Assembly (NCBI GenBank): GCA_903837605.1
Contig: CAILVF010000043.1
Span: 12,016 to 76,015 of the forward strand
From: an uncultured Bacteroidales bacterium
GTDB taxonomy: Bacteria > Bacteroidota > Bacteroidia > Bacteroidales > FEN-979
DNA length: 64,000 nt
Direction: 5' to 3'
Shown here: piece by piece, positions 45,722-54,576 of the stretch
How the letters are laid out: every line of letters begins with the position of its first letter
How positions within the stretch are numbered: position 1 is the stretch's first letter
Notes under the pieces: generated by a model
Seen by the model: the letters and a program-made list of their open reading frames with translations, nothing else
What the model was told of the DNA's origin: nothing
The model's database searches: none
Program-made: the position numbers and the translations under genes

Positions 45722-48127
45722 TTACCATAACCTTACATATTTATTGGGGTTATATTCGTGCATTAAAGCATATATCGTCTCAAACACATTTTCGGCATTA
45801 GGATTTGAGAAATAGTCGCCGTCGTTGCTGTATGCCGGGCGGTGGTCTTTCGAAGTGAGTGTTCTCGGTTCTATATCAAGATACCTGTATCCTTTCTGAT
45901 CCTCCAGCACTTTTTGCATCATATAAGCGGTGGCGCCACCGGGGACGTCCTCGTCGAAGAACACTATCTTGCTTGTTTTCTTCAGCGACTGTACAATCGT
46001 TCCCGGTATATCAAACGGTACCAGTGACTGTACGTCGATGAGTTCAACCGAGATGTTGAAATCTTTAAGCTGGTTAACGGCTTCCTGGGCAATTCTCACA
46101 CATGAACCATAGGTAACAAGGGTAAGGTCGCTTCCTTCGTTAAGTATTTCGGGCACGCCGAGGGGGATGCGGAACCTTCCTATATTAGCCGGCAACCTCT
46201 CTTTAAGGCGGTAACCGTTCAGGGGTTCGATGATGAGGGCCGGGTCATCCGAGGCGATCATGGTATTATAGAAGCCTGCAGCCTGTGTCATATTCCTTGG
46301 GACGAGCACATGAACACCCCTGATCGAGTTGATCACCATGCTGAGAGGCGAGCCCGAATGCCATATCCCGACCAGCCTGTGGCCACGGGTAGAAATGATC
46401 ATCGGTACTTTCTGACCTCCTTTGGTACGGTACTGGGTTGTGGCAATATCGTCGCTCAGGACCTGTAACCCATACAAGAGGTAATCAAAATACTGAATTT
46501 CTGTAACCGGCCTCAATCCGCGTAAAGCGAGCCCAAGGCCCTGGCCGAGGATGGTCAATTCCCTGATGCCGGTATCGAAGACCCGGTTTTCGCCATACTT
46601 TGCCTGCAGGCCTTCAAGGGTTTGATTTACACCGCCAATTTTACCGACATCCTCCCCGAAGTACATCATAAGAGGATTGTTCTTCAAAAGATAATCATTG
46701 TTGGCGACAAGGACTTCACGTCCGGTGACCACCGGTGAATCTTCATTGAATACCGGGGGAACGCTTTCCACTTTCAGGGCAGCCTGGGCCGATTCACTGT
46801 AAAGATGGGAACTGTAGCGGTCAAAGTTCAGTCTCTTCTGCTCATCCATCCATTGTTCCAGGTCGGCTTTCATAGGCTTTTTCATGCTGCAGGTCGTGCA
46901 TACATCCCTAAGTATTTTTTTTGCGGAGGATATGACGTCCTTGCGGATGGGCTCAGCAACAATTTGAAGGTCGGCGACAATCTTATCGATACGGTCCTGC
47001 TTTTTGCAGGGACAATGGCTTGTTTTTACAACTGAAACCAGGTGCTCCCTTTCGGCTTTGATAGGTGCCTGGTATGCTTTCCATGCATTATCCCGGGCCG
47101 ATCGGGCGGCTCTCACCGACTCGGCTTCTATGGCGTCGAGTTCAGCGGCAGTGGCCATGCCGCTGCCAACGGCCCATTCACGCATTTTAACAATGCAATC
47201 GAATTCTTTCTCCCAGGCAAGGCGTTCGGCCGACTTGTACCTTTCATGCGATCCGGATGTGGAATGCCCCTGTGGCTGAGTAAGCTCGGTAACATGAAAA
47301 ACCACGGGTACATGATCTTTACGGCAAATCGCTATCCCCTCCTCAAACATATCGAGCAGGGCCGGGTAATCCCATCCTTTGCAGGTATAAAGCAAGATGC
47401 CGCCCGGCTTGTCCTTGTCCTTAACAAAGCCTTTAAGCACTTCAGAAATACTTTCCTTCGTTGTCTGGTATTTCTTGGGTACGCTGATCCCGTATCCGTC
47501 GTCCCATACAGCAAGTGCCATAGGAACCTGCTGCACCCCGGCAGCATTGATCGTTTCCCAGAAATGACCTTCTGAAGTTGAGGCATCGCCAATCATCCCG
47601 AAGGCAACTTCATTACCGTTCACAGTGAATTTTTTCCCGGCCTCCTGCATCTCCCTGCTGTTCCTGAATGTTTTCGAAGCCAGCGCAAGCCCGAGCAAAC
47701 GCGGCATCTGGGCTGCAGTGGGAGAGATGTCACCCGAAGAATTCTTTTGTTTTGTAAGGTCTTTCCATTCCCCGTTTTCATCCAGGCTCCGCGTTGCGAA
47801 ATGATTGTTCATAAGCCTGCCTGCATTGTCGGGGTTCCTGGTAAGGTCGGTATCGCCGTATAGATGTGCAAAGAACCTTTCCTTATCCGACAAACCCGCG
47901 GCCATCATAAAAGTTTGTTCACGGTAGTACCCTGCCCTCCAGTCACCAGGCTTGAAAAATTTGGCCATGGCAATCTGCGGAACTTCTTTCCCGTCGCCGA
48001 AGATCCCGAAATTGGCTCTTCCGCCAAGGGCTTCACGGCGACCCAGAAGGCTGATCTGCCTCGATTCACAAGCCAGCCTGTAATCGGCCAGAACTTCTTC
48101 TTTATTGAATTTCCTGTTATGTTTCAT
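45722..48127 (-). CDS. Fused alpha/beta E1 component of a 2-oxoacid (branched-chain type) dehydrogenase
   Basis: 801 aa. The N-terminal half is TPP-binding (GDASTSEGHFWE). The C-terminal half is a transketolase-like beta domain (GEDVGKIGGVNQTLEGLQAKYGENRVFDTGI). Confidence 0.7.
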   Translation of the reverse strand: MKHNRKFNKEEVLADYRLACESRQISLLGRREALGGRANFGIFGDGKEVPQIAMAKFFKPGDWRAGYYREQTFMMAAGLSDKERFFAHLYGDTDLTRNPDNAGRLMNNHFATRSLDENGEWKDLTKQKNSSGDISPTAAQMPRLLGLALASKTFRNSREMQEAGKKFTVNGNEVAFGMIGDASTSEGHFWETINAAGVQQVPMALAVWDDGYGISVPKKYQTTKESISEVLKGFVKDKDKPGGILLYTCKGWDYPALLDMFEEGIAICRKDHVPVVFHVTELTQPQGHSTSGSHERYKSAERLAWEKEFDCIVKMREWAVGSGMATAAELDAIEAESVRAARSARDNAWKAYQAPIKAEREHLVSVVKTSHCPCKKQDRIDKIVADLQIVAEPIRKDVISSAKKILRDVCTTCSMKKPMKADLEQWMDEQKRLNFDRYSSHLYSESAQAALKVESVPPVFNEDSPVVTGREVLVANNDYLLKNNPLMMYFGEDVGKIGGVNQTLEGLQAKYGENRVFDTGIRELTILGQGLGLALRGLRPVTEIQYFDYLLYGLQVLSDDIATTQYRTKGGQKVPMIISTRGHRLVGIWHSGSPLSMVINSIRGVHVLVPRNMTQAAGFYNTMIASDDPALIIEPLNGYRLKERLPANIGRFRIPLGVPEILNEGSDLTLVTYGSCVRIAQEAVNQLKDFNISVELIDVQSLVPFDIPGTIVQSLKKTSKIVFFDEDVPGGATAYMMQKVLEDQKGYRYLDIEPRTLTSKDHRPAYSNDGDYFSNPNAENVFETIYALMHEYNPNKYVRLW

Positions 48128-48164
48128 TATTCTTGATTGTTAAAGCCAAATTGATACAAGATGA

Positions 48165-48236
48165 CTGGATATCTGGATAACTGGATATCTGGATAACTGG
48201 ATAACTGGATAACTGGATATCTGGATATCCGGATAT
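48165..48236. repeat. Octamer tandem array, 9 units (TGGATATC / TGGATAAC)
   Basis: Same TGGATAAC unit and same orientation as 20761-20856. Preceded by AAGATGAC and followed by AAGA. Confidence 0.95.
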
Positions 48237-48274
48237 TAAGAATTCCAGTTTCACGTGTAACCAGCCATCGGTAT

Positions 48275-48853
48275 TTAATAATTCTCTCCAAGAACTTCGA
48301 AGTATGCCTGGGGATGCTGACATGCCGGACAGTTTTGAAGGGCTTTAACCCCAAAATGGATGTATCCGCATTTCCTGCAGACCCAGTATACCTTTTCTTC
48401 TTTTTCGAAAACCCTGTTCTTTTCCATGTTGTTCAGGAGTTTCCGGTAGCGTTTTTCATGATGCTGCTCTACCTGCGTGATTAGTTTATAGGCCGTTGCA
48501 ATTTTCGGAAAACCTTCTTCTGCTGCAATCCGGGCAAATTCAGGATAGAGTTCAGTCCATTCCTCTTTTTCACCATCGGCTGCGGCTTTCAGGTTTTCAG
48601 CCGTGGTCCCTATGCTTCCGGCGGGATAGGTGGCCGTTATTTCAACCGGCCCGCCTTCCAGGAACCTGAAGAATATTTTTGCATGGGATTCTTCATTCAG
48701 GGCTGTTTCCATAAACAGGGCGGAAATCTGCTCGTATCCCTCTTTTTTAGCCTGCTTTGAGAAGAAAGTATAACGGTTCTTGGCCTGTGATTCACCTGCG
48801 AAGGATTTCAGCAGGTTCTTTTCGGTACGGGTTCCTTTGATCGATGTTTCCAT
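48275..48853 (-). CDS. rbr: Rubrerythrin
   Basis: TEKNLLKSFAGESQAKNRY. Di-iron ExxH motifs (EESHAKIF, EQHHEKRY). C-terminal rubredoxin-like CRKCG...CPAC. Confidence 0.9.
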   Translation of the reverse strand: METSIKGTRTEKNLLKSFAGESQAKNRYTFFSKQAKKEGYEQISALFMETALNEESHAKIFFRFLEGGPVEITATYPAGSIGTTAENLKAAADGEKEEWTELYPEFARIAAEEGFPKIATAYKLITQVEQHHEKRYRKLLNNMEKNRVFEKEEKVYWVCRKCGYIHFGVKALQNCPACQHPQAYFEVLGENY

Positions 48854-48870
48854 TTTAACTGAGTTTATAA

Positions 48871-48878
48871 CAAAGGTA
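48871..48878 (-). promoter_or_regulatory. -7 box (TACCTTTG) for rubrerythrin
   Basis: TAnnTTTG on the minus strand, 18 nt upstream of ATG 48853. Confidence 0.5.
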
Positions 48879-48983
48879 ATTTAAGTAACGACTTACTCAG
48901 CAATCATGAGTACACAATTTAAATTTACGCAGGGCGGGAAAACACAGCAAACAGCAAAGCAGGATTTCCTGCATCCTTTTTGT

Positions 48984-49145
48984 TCAATCCATCGGGATGT
49001 AATCTTCCTTGCCGACACTGCAAATCGGGCAAACCCAGCCGGAGGGAATGTCTTCAAAAGCTGTTCCGGGGGCTATTCCCGAATCGGGATCCCCGCTTGC
49101 GGGGTCATACACATGGCCGCAAACCGTGCATTTGTACTTTTTCAT
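48984..49145 (-). CDS. Rubredoxin (53 aa), absent from the ORF track
   Basis: Hand translation: [53 protein letters not shown]. Contains the CxxCG...WxCPxC rubredoxin signature. The start overlaps the gpx stop (ATGA). Confidence 0.9.
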   Translation of the reverse strand: MKKYKCTVCGHVYDPASGDPDSGIAPGTAFEDIPSGWVCPICSVGKEDYIPMD

Positions 49146-49690
49146 TTTTTGTTTTCTATCCAGTTAATGATTTTTTCGCAGTCGGGAAGATCTCCGGGAG
49201 GAACCATGCCTGCCAGTTTCCCGTTTTCATCGATCATGAATTTCTGAAAATTCCATTTCACAGGTGCATCCATTACCCCATTCTCTTCTTTGCTGGTAAG
49301 CCACTGGTAAAGAGGATCAATATCCTTCCCTTTAACTGAGATCTTTGCCATCATCGGAAAAGTAACTCCGTAATTTTTAGTGCAGAATTCCCTGATCTGG
49401 TCGTTGCTGCCCGGTTCCTGCGACAAAAAGTTGTTAGCAGGGAACCCTATGATTACAAAGTTTTTATCGGCATACTTCTTGTAAATCTCTTCAAGCTGGG
49501 CATACTGGGGCGTATGTCCGCACTTAGAGGCAGTGTTAACAACCAGCACTTTCTTCCCTTTGAGAGATGCGAGATCAAAGGGTTGTCCTTCGAGGGTTGT
49601 AACCTTGAAATCATAAAATGATTTACCGGTTTGCGCATTAGATATAGTTGTCATTGCTAGAAATGCTATAATCAGGTTAAGTAACTTCAT
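49142..49690 (-). CDS. Glutathione peroxidase-family protein (Cys type)
   Basis: Signal-like N-terminus, then [20 protein letters not shown] and WNFQKFMID motifs. Confidence 0.85.
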   Translation of the reverse strand: MKLLNLIIAFLAMTTISNAQTGKSFYDFKVTTLEGQPFDLASLKGKKVLVVNTASKCGHTPQYAQLEEIYKKYADKNFVIIGFPANNFLSQEPGSNDQIREFCTKNYGVTFPMMAKISVKGKDIDPLYQWLTSKEENGVMDAPVKWNFQKFMIDENGKLAGMVPPGDLPDCEKIINWIENKK

Positions 49691-49720
49691 AAGATTAAAT
49701 TTATCGGTTTATTCAGGCTG

Positions 49721-49728
49721 CAAAGGTA
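49721..49728 (-). promoter_or_regulatory. -7 box (TACCTTTG) for gpx-rubredoxin
   Basis: TAnnTTTG on the minus strand, 31 nt upstream of ATG 49690. It is the same octamer as the rbr box. Confidence 0.5.
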
Positions 49729-49767
49729 AATAAATTATTTCTATTTATAATTATTCTAAATTATTCG

Positions 49768-49775
49768 TAAATTTG
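49768..49775 (+). promoter_or_regulatory. -7 box (TAAATTTG) for bcp
   Basis: TAnnTTTG on the plus strand, divergent from the gpx promoter. Confidence 0.45.
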
Positions 49776-49884
49776 CAGGGTGAAACTATTGCTCAAAATA
49801 CGAAAACATTACCTCGTCACTACCATTACAATCGTAGCGATCCTGGCAATAATAACGATCATCACGATCAATCAGCATTTAAAC

Positions 49885-50352
49885 ATGACATCAATGGAAA
49901 ACAAAGTAATCAAAGAAGGATCAAAGGCTCCTGATTTCACCCTCCCTTCGCCTGACGGCAGCATGGTAAGCCTGTCACAGTTTATCGGCAAGAAAAAAAT
50001 CGTTCTTTTCTTTTATCCGAAAGATGAGTCTTACGGATGTACAAAGGAGGCATGCAGTTTCAGGGATAATTACGAGGTCTTCAAGGAAGCCGGAGCAGAA
50101 GTGATCGGTATCAGCGCCGATGACCAGGCTTCTCACAAATCTTTTGCCGACAATCACAAACTCCCGTTTATTTTGCTTTCCGACAAGGACCATAAGGTTG
50201 CAAAATTGTATAACGTTGGAAAAACCCTGGGTTTGATCCCGGGCAGGGCAACATATGTGATAGACAGCCAGGGGATCATTAAAAAGATATTCTCTTCGCA
50301 ATTCAGTTTTGAGAAACATATTGATGAAGCCCTGAATATCCTGAAAAAGTAA
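49885..50352 (+). CDS. bcp: Thioredoxin-dependent peroxiredoxin (Bcp type)
   Basis: KAPDFTLPSPDG and FFYPKDESYGCTKEAC motifs. Start set at ATG 49885. The track ORF instead starts at GTG 49780, adding a 35-aa hydrophobic extension (see finding). Confidence 0.8.
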   Translation: MTSMENKVIKEGSKAPDFTLPSPDGSMVSLSQFIGKKKIVLFFYPKDESYGCTKEACSFRDNYEVFKEAGAEVIGISADDQASHKSFADNHKLPFILLSDKDHKVAKLYNVGKTLGLIPGRATYVIDSQGIIKKIFSSQFSFEKHIDEALNILKK

Positions 50353-50428
50353 GGGGCCTTCCCTCTTTTTCTAAATGGGATTTCAAGTCAGTAAGGGAAG
50401 GCCTTGAGAAACAGATCAGAACATTTTT

Positions 50429-51064
50429 TTAAAATTTTACTATTAACCCCAGCATACCAAGGGCAATCAATACCATACCGGTAACAGCTTTTTCATGGTG
50501 CTCCATGAAACCTGACCTGAATGTTCTGCTTCCTTTCATGCCCAGGTATACCAGGGACACCATGAAAACTATGGTTGTAATCATATAGACAGCCGATACA
50601 ATGAGTATCCCTGCCCAGCCGATTGTCCCGGCCTGAAAGTAGTAAGCTTCGATCTCCACACAGGGCGTTATGAACATCGCAATACTAAGTGAAGTGAGTA
50701 TTGCGGCCCATCTTGTTCTGCTAAAACCAGCTTCAGGGGTTACCTGGTTCGTTTCATGCCGGTGGCGAAGGTGAAGAAAATCGATGATTATATAGACTAT
50801 GCCTAAAGCGATCAGTATTGCAGGAGCAATGGTTTCTGATATTGCAGAATAGCTGGCCGAGAGCTTATACCCAATAACCCCTACGATAATTCCGACAATG
50901 ACTGTACTGAGTGTATGGGTGAACCCGGTAATGATGGTTGCCAGCAAGGTCTGATACGGCGTCCATTTCTCTGTTTTACCAACCGCGATCAGAGGCAGCC
51001 AGTGATTCGGGATTAAAGCGTGGATTGTGCTTAAAATAAAACTTCCAATGAATATCTGGTACAT
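50429..51064 (-). CDS. NicO/RcnA-like metal-ion transporter family membrane protein
   Basis: HALIPNHW motif in TM1 resembles the NicO HAxxPGH signature. There is a His-rich loop HLRHRHE and 6 predicted TM helices. Confidence 0.4.
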   Translation of the reverse strand: MYQIFIGSFILSTIHALIPNHWLPLIAVGKTEKWTPYQTLLATIITGFTHTLSTVIVGIIVGVIGYKLSASYSAISETIAPAILIALGIVYIIIDFLHLRHRHETNQVTPEAGFSRTRWAAILTSLSIAMFITPCVEIEAYYFQAGTIGWAGILIVSAVYMITTIVFMVSLVYLGMKGSRTFRSGFMEHHEKAVTGMVLIALGMLGLIVKF

Positions 51065-51099
51065 GCTTTATGAGTTGAAAGATGTAAAATGCGTCTGGA

Positions 51100-52068
51100 T
51101 CATTTTTCAAGAAGGAAATAGGTTCCCCCGTTAATTTCAGCTTCTTCTATCAGTTTTAGATTTGCCTTCACGAATAGTTTCTTCCATTGTTTTTTTGAGG
51201 TCAGCATAAGCGACAGCACATTAAGGATAGCGAAGGATGAGAGGGTTTGGGTCAGAACAATCATCAGCATCCTCCCGTTCGGTTTGAGGATGCGGTTGAT
51301 TTCCATCAGCGCATTGAGTTTCTGGTCCCCGAGATGATCGATCATATAGGAACTGATAACCGCATCATATGTTCCTTGCGGAAATCCGGTACCGGTGATA
51401 TCACCCTGAATTATTTCTACCCTGTCACTGATGCCTGCCAGTTTCAGGTTTTTCTCAAGAAGCGTATTCCCTCCCCCGGCAATATAATCGGAGTTAAAAA
51501 GGTCGAATGCGGTGATCTTCCCGGAACAGACTTTGCTTAAAGCAATTGTTGAACGCCCGGCGCCGCAGCCTGCGTCGAGGATGCGGCTATTCTCACCTTT
51601 TACTGATAAGCTGACCCATGGAAGTGTAATGTAGCTTGTATTCTTGGCCGAACGAACCACCAGGTTGCCGATGAAGAAGTTTATTGACATAAGGACCAGG
51701 AAAAAAGCCAGGAGCTGAAGACCGGGGAAAGTCAGGTACATATGAACCGCTGAGGCAAGGAATACAGCTGAAACTACCCAGAACCCGTTTAACCAGCCGA
51801 TACTCCATCCCGCATTAAACTTCTGACTCTCATTTTCTTTATGAAACATCACCTTAAGCCGGTCTTTAAGTTTTGCGGGCAATACTACTGCAAGTGACAG
51901 TGATAACACGAGTAAAATTGCTATGTGAATAAGGACAACTCCAAGCGTTATCCCTGCCAGCCATTTCATTTGCGGCATCAATACCAGGATCATAACTGAA
52001 GCAATGATGCCAATAACTGCAACAATTTTTCCATGACCCATCATAGAAAACCAATGTCGATTTTTCAT
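51100..52068 (-). CDS. Membrane-anchored class I SAM-dependent methyltransferase
   Basis: Four N-terminal TM helices, then ILDAGCGAGRSTIAL (motif I) and ...YDAVISSYMIDHL...LKPNGRMLM. Confidence 0.65.
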   Translation of the reverse strand: MKNRHWFSMMGHGKIVAVIGIIASVMILVLMPQMKWLAGITLGVVLIHIAILLVLSLSLAVVLPAKLKDRLKVMFHKENESQKFNAGWSIGWLNGFWVVSAVFLASAVHMYLTFPGLQLLAFFLVLMSINFFIGNLVVRSAKNTSYITLPWVSLSVKGENSRILDAGCGAGRSTIALSKVCSGKITAFDLFNSDYIAGGGNTLLEKNLKLAGISDRVEIIQGDITGTGFPQGTYDAVISSYMIDHLGDQKLNALMEINRILKPNGRMLMIVLTQTLSSFAILNVLSLMLTSKKQWKKLFVKANLKLIEEAEINGGTYFLLEK

Positions 52069-52145
52069 TTTGCAATCCTCCTGTAATATTAAATATTAAT
52101 GTTTCCCAATGAGAAGTTCAAAGGGTGAAGAGATCCCGGGTGAGA

Positions 52146-53093
52146 TCAGGCAGGTTTAACAGGGATGAATATCTGGCGTTGTATGCTTTCGTATGGTTTC
52201 AATGCCGGGTTCTCTGAATATAATTCAAACCCGGTAATCTCGGCGATCTGGTAACCCGACTGGTCCAGCCAACCATGCCTGAAGGCGACCAGGCTTCTGA
52301 AAACACCCTGAATCGTTCCTTTCATAGAATAGCTGGCATACCTGCCATCAGGAATTATAACCGAACCGATTTCTTTTGACAAAGAAACCCCTTCGGGCAC
52401 CGAGATGCAGGCCCTGAACCTGCATTTCCCGAATTCGGTAAAGAACGGCAAATCCAGGAAAACACCTAAGAATTGTGTTTCTTCTGTGATCAGGCCCCTG
52501 GGTTCAGACCAAAGGGTTAATGCTTTAAAGGTTTTGGCAATTGCATCTTCGTCACCAAGATGAGAATCCATAAAAGCTACTTTCAAAGAACGGAGTGATT
52601 TAATTTCAATATTCATCCCCGGAGCCGAAACTGTATCTTCTTTCCAGGCTAAATTCAGGCTCCAAAAGTCGGAAGGATTGAGGTCCGGCAATTTGCCTTT
52701 GTTGGGTTTCAATGTGCCAATCTTGCTGATTTCGTCAAATGAAAGGGCCCGGAACCCTTCCGGGGTCGTACCATAATACTTCTTAAAGGCTCTAATAAAG
52801 GTTGACGGGGATGAAAATCCGCATTGAAATGATGCATCACTTATTCTCAGACCGGGGTATAGTTTCAGATAATGGGCAATACGCTCCATCCGGAGACGCA
52901 TGATATATTGTTTCGGGGATTCACCTACGACTATGGAAAATATCCTTTGAAAATGAAAAGGCGAGAAGAATGCCAGGGCAGAAAGTTTTTCAAGGGAAAG
53001 GTCCTCCATCAGGTTTTCCTGAATAAATGCAAGTACCTTCCTGATCCTTGCGTAATATTCTTTTTCTTTATGATTCCCGGGGGGGTGATGCAT
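52146..53093 (-). CDS. AraC-family transcriptional regulator with GyrI-like effector domain
   Basis: N-terminal AraC HTH (LSLEKLSALAFFSPFHFQRIF...GFSSPSTFIRAFKKYYGTTP). The C-terminal roughly 150 aa resembles a GyrI/SOUL-like small-molecule-binding fold. Confidence 0.75.
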   Translation of the reverse strand: MHHPPGNHKEKEYYARIRKVLAFIQENLMEDLSLEKLSALAFFSPFHFQRIFSIVVGESPKQYIMRLRMERIAHYLKLYPGLRISDASFQCGFSSPSTFIRAFKKYYGTTPEGFRALSFDEISKIGTLKPNKGKLPDLNPSDFWSLNLAWKEDTVSAPGMNIEIKSLRSLKVAFMDSHLGDEDAIAKTFKALTLWSEPRGLITEETQFLGVFLDLPFFTEFGKCRFRACISVPEGVSLSKEIGSVIIPDGRYASYSMKGTIQGVFRSLVAFRHGWLDQSGYQIAEITGFELYSENPALKPYESIQRQIFIPVKPA

Positions 53094-53109
53094 CCTTTAA
53101 TCAGAAAGT

Positions 53110-53883
53110 TTAAAATTTTTCAAAGATACCTAATCCAAATAATGCAAAATCATATTTTACAGGGTCTGCACTATCGAGTAACCTTAAACTGGTATCCAAT
53201 TCATTTAAAGCTTTTGAATCGTTCTGTTTTCGCTGGAGCAGGCCTAACTTACGGGCCACATTCCCTGAATGGAGATCCAATGGGCAGGAAAGTTTTGATG
53301 GTGAAACGGATTTCCACAAGCCAAAATCGACCCCTGCTCTATCATTTCTGACCATCCACCGCAGGAACAGGTTGATTTTTTTTGCCGCCGAGCCCTTGTC
53401 GGGGTCTGCAATATGTTTTATTGTTCTTTTGCAATGGGGAATCTCGAAAAAGACTTCATGAAGTCTGTGGATGGCCGGTTGCAATGAATCGCTGGTTTGA
53501 AATCTGGTAAAAATGCCTTCCAGACCTTCCTTCTCTGTATAAATATACTGTAAGGCTTTGATGAAATGAATAAAATCTGCTGAATTAAACGTTCGGTGGA
53601 CAAAACTCTTTGCCTTTTCCAGATGGTGATCCTTATGATTAATGACAAAATCATAAGGTGAATCACTCATCAGGGCCATCATTCGGAGTCCGTTCCGTGT
53701 AATCATTTTCCGGTTTCCCCATGCAATCGAAGAGGCAAGGAAACCTGAGATTTCAATATCTTCTTTTAAGGAATACCTGTGCGGAATTAAAACCGGGTCG
53801 GTTTCAATGAAGCTTGCAGTGTTGTATTGAAGGTATTTGGCTTCAAGAAACTCCCGGAGCTCTGGAAAAGATAATTGATTCAA
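53110..53883 (-). CDS. TIGR02757 (DUF2400) family protein
   Basis: Family recognised from memory through ETDPVLIPHRY, FLASSIAWGNRKMI, CPLDLHSGNVARKLGLL. Function unknown. Confidence 0.55.
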   Translation of the reverse strand: MNQLSFPELREFLEAKYLQYNTASFIETDPVLIPHRYSLKEDIEISGFLASSIAWGNRKMITRNGLRMMALMSDSPYDFVINHKDHHLEKAKSFVHRTFNSADFIHFIKALQYIYTEKEGLEGIFTRFQTSDSLQPAIHRLHEVFFEIPHCKRTIKHIADPDKGSAAKKINLFLRWMVRNDRAGVDFGLWKSVSPSKLSCPLDLHSGNVARKLGLLQRKQNDSKALNELDTSLRLLDSADPVKYDFALFGLGIFEKF

Positions 53884-54017
53884 AAGGGGAAAATTTACAA
53901 TTTACGTTCAGCGAAGCCGAAATGAGCACCAAGTAAAATTAGCAATTATGCGAATAATTACGATTTAGGATTGACTAACGACGAAGGAAATCAATGTTCG
54001 CAGCCCGCGATCCCTGA

Positions 54018-54572
54018 TTAACTTATAAGCTGTACTGCCTGGATCAGTCCTTTCCCTATCTCGATTGCTTTTTCGTTATCGGGGATGAGTTTGTGATGGC
54101 GTGCTGGAAGTGATTTCTCCAGCCCTTTATGAATGAATTCAGGTTGAACCAAAGGTTTCAGTTTAAGGAAACCCCCGAGGACGATCATGTTGAATATTTT
54201 GGAAAGGCCAAGTTTCCCGGCCTCATCAGCTGCAGCGATAGTATAAATGTTGATATCCTTGCGCACCGGGATCCTTGTGATGCCGTTGGGGTCGTAAATC
54301 AGCAATCCTCCTGGTTTTACAGCTTTCTCGAATTTGTCGAGGGACTGCTGGTTGAGGATGATTGCTGTGTCAAATGAATTAAGGATAGGGGAGCTGATGC
54401 GTTCATCGCTGATGATAACGGTGACGTTAGCCGTACCCCCGCGCATTTCAGGCCCGTAGGATGGCATCCAGCTGACTTCCTTGTTCTGCATAACCCCTGA
54501 ATAAGCGAGGATTTTTCCCATCGAGAGGACTCCTTGTCCGCCGAAACCGGCGATGATAATCTCTTCTGTCAT
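54018..54572 (-). CDS. 2-oxoacid:ferredoxin oxidoreductase gamma subunit
   Basis: IIAGFGGQGVLSMGKILA and SYGPEMRGGTANVTVIIS motifs. Confidence 0.85.
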   Translation of the reverse strand: MTEEIIIAGFGGQGVLSMGKILAYSGVMQNKEVSWMPSYGPEMRGGTANVTVIISDERISSPILNSFDTAIILNQQSLDKFEKAVKPGGLLIYDPNGITRIPVRKDINIYTIAAADEAGKLGLSKIFNMIVLGGFLKLKPLVQPEFIHKGLEKSLPARHHKLIPDNEKAIEIGKGLIQAVQLIS

Positions 54573-54576
54573 AATT

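Noticed and set aside
48117-48354. Track ORFs 48117..48323 and 48127..48354 (ISGYPDIQLSSYPVIQ...)
   Set aside because: These are translations of the TGGATAWC octamer array. They also overlap the 3' end of rubrerythrin and the 5' end of the fused E1 gene. They are not credible genes.
48884-48897. Palindrome AGTAA-CGAC-TTACT just upstream of the rubrerythrin -7 box as a PerR/OxyR-type operator
   Set aside because: The arms are only 5 bp, which is expected by chance in AT-rich intergenic DNA. The motif is not repeated upstream of gpx or bcp.
50355-50403. 10-bp inverted repeat GGCCTTCCCT / AGGGAAGGCC between convergent bcp and the NicO-like gene as a terminator
   Set aside because: The loop is about 29 nt and there is no adjacent T-run on either strand. 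It may still be structural, but it does not fit an intrinsic terminator.
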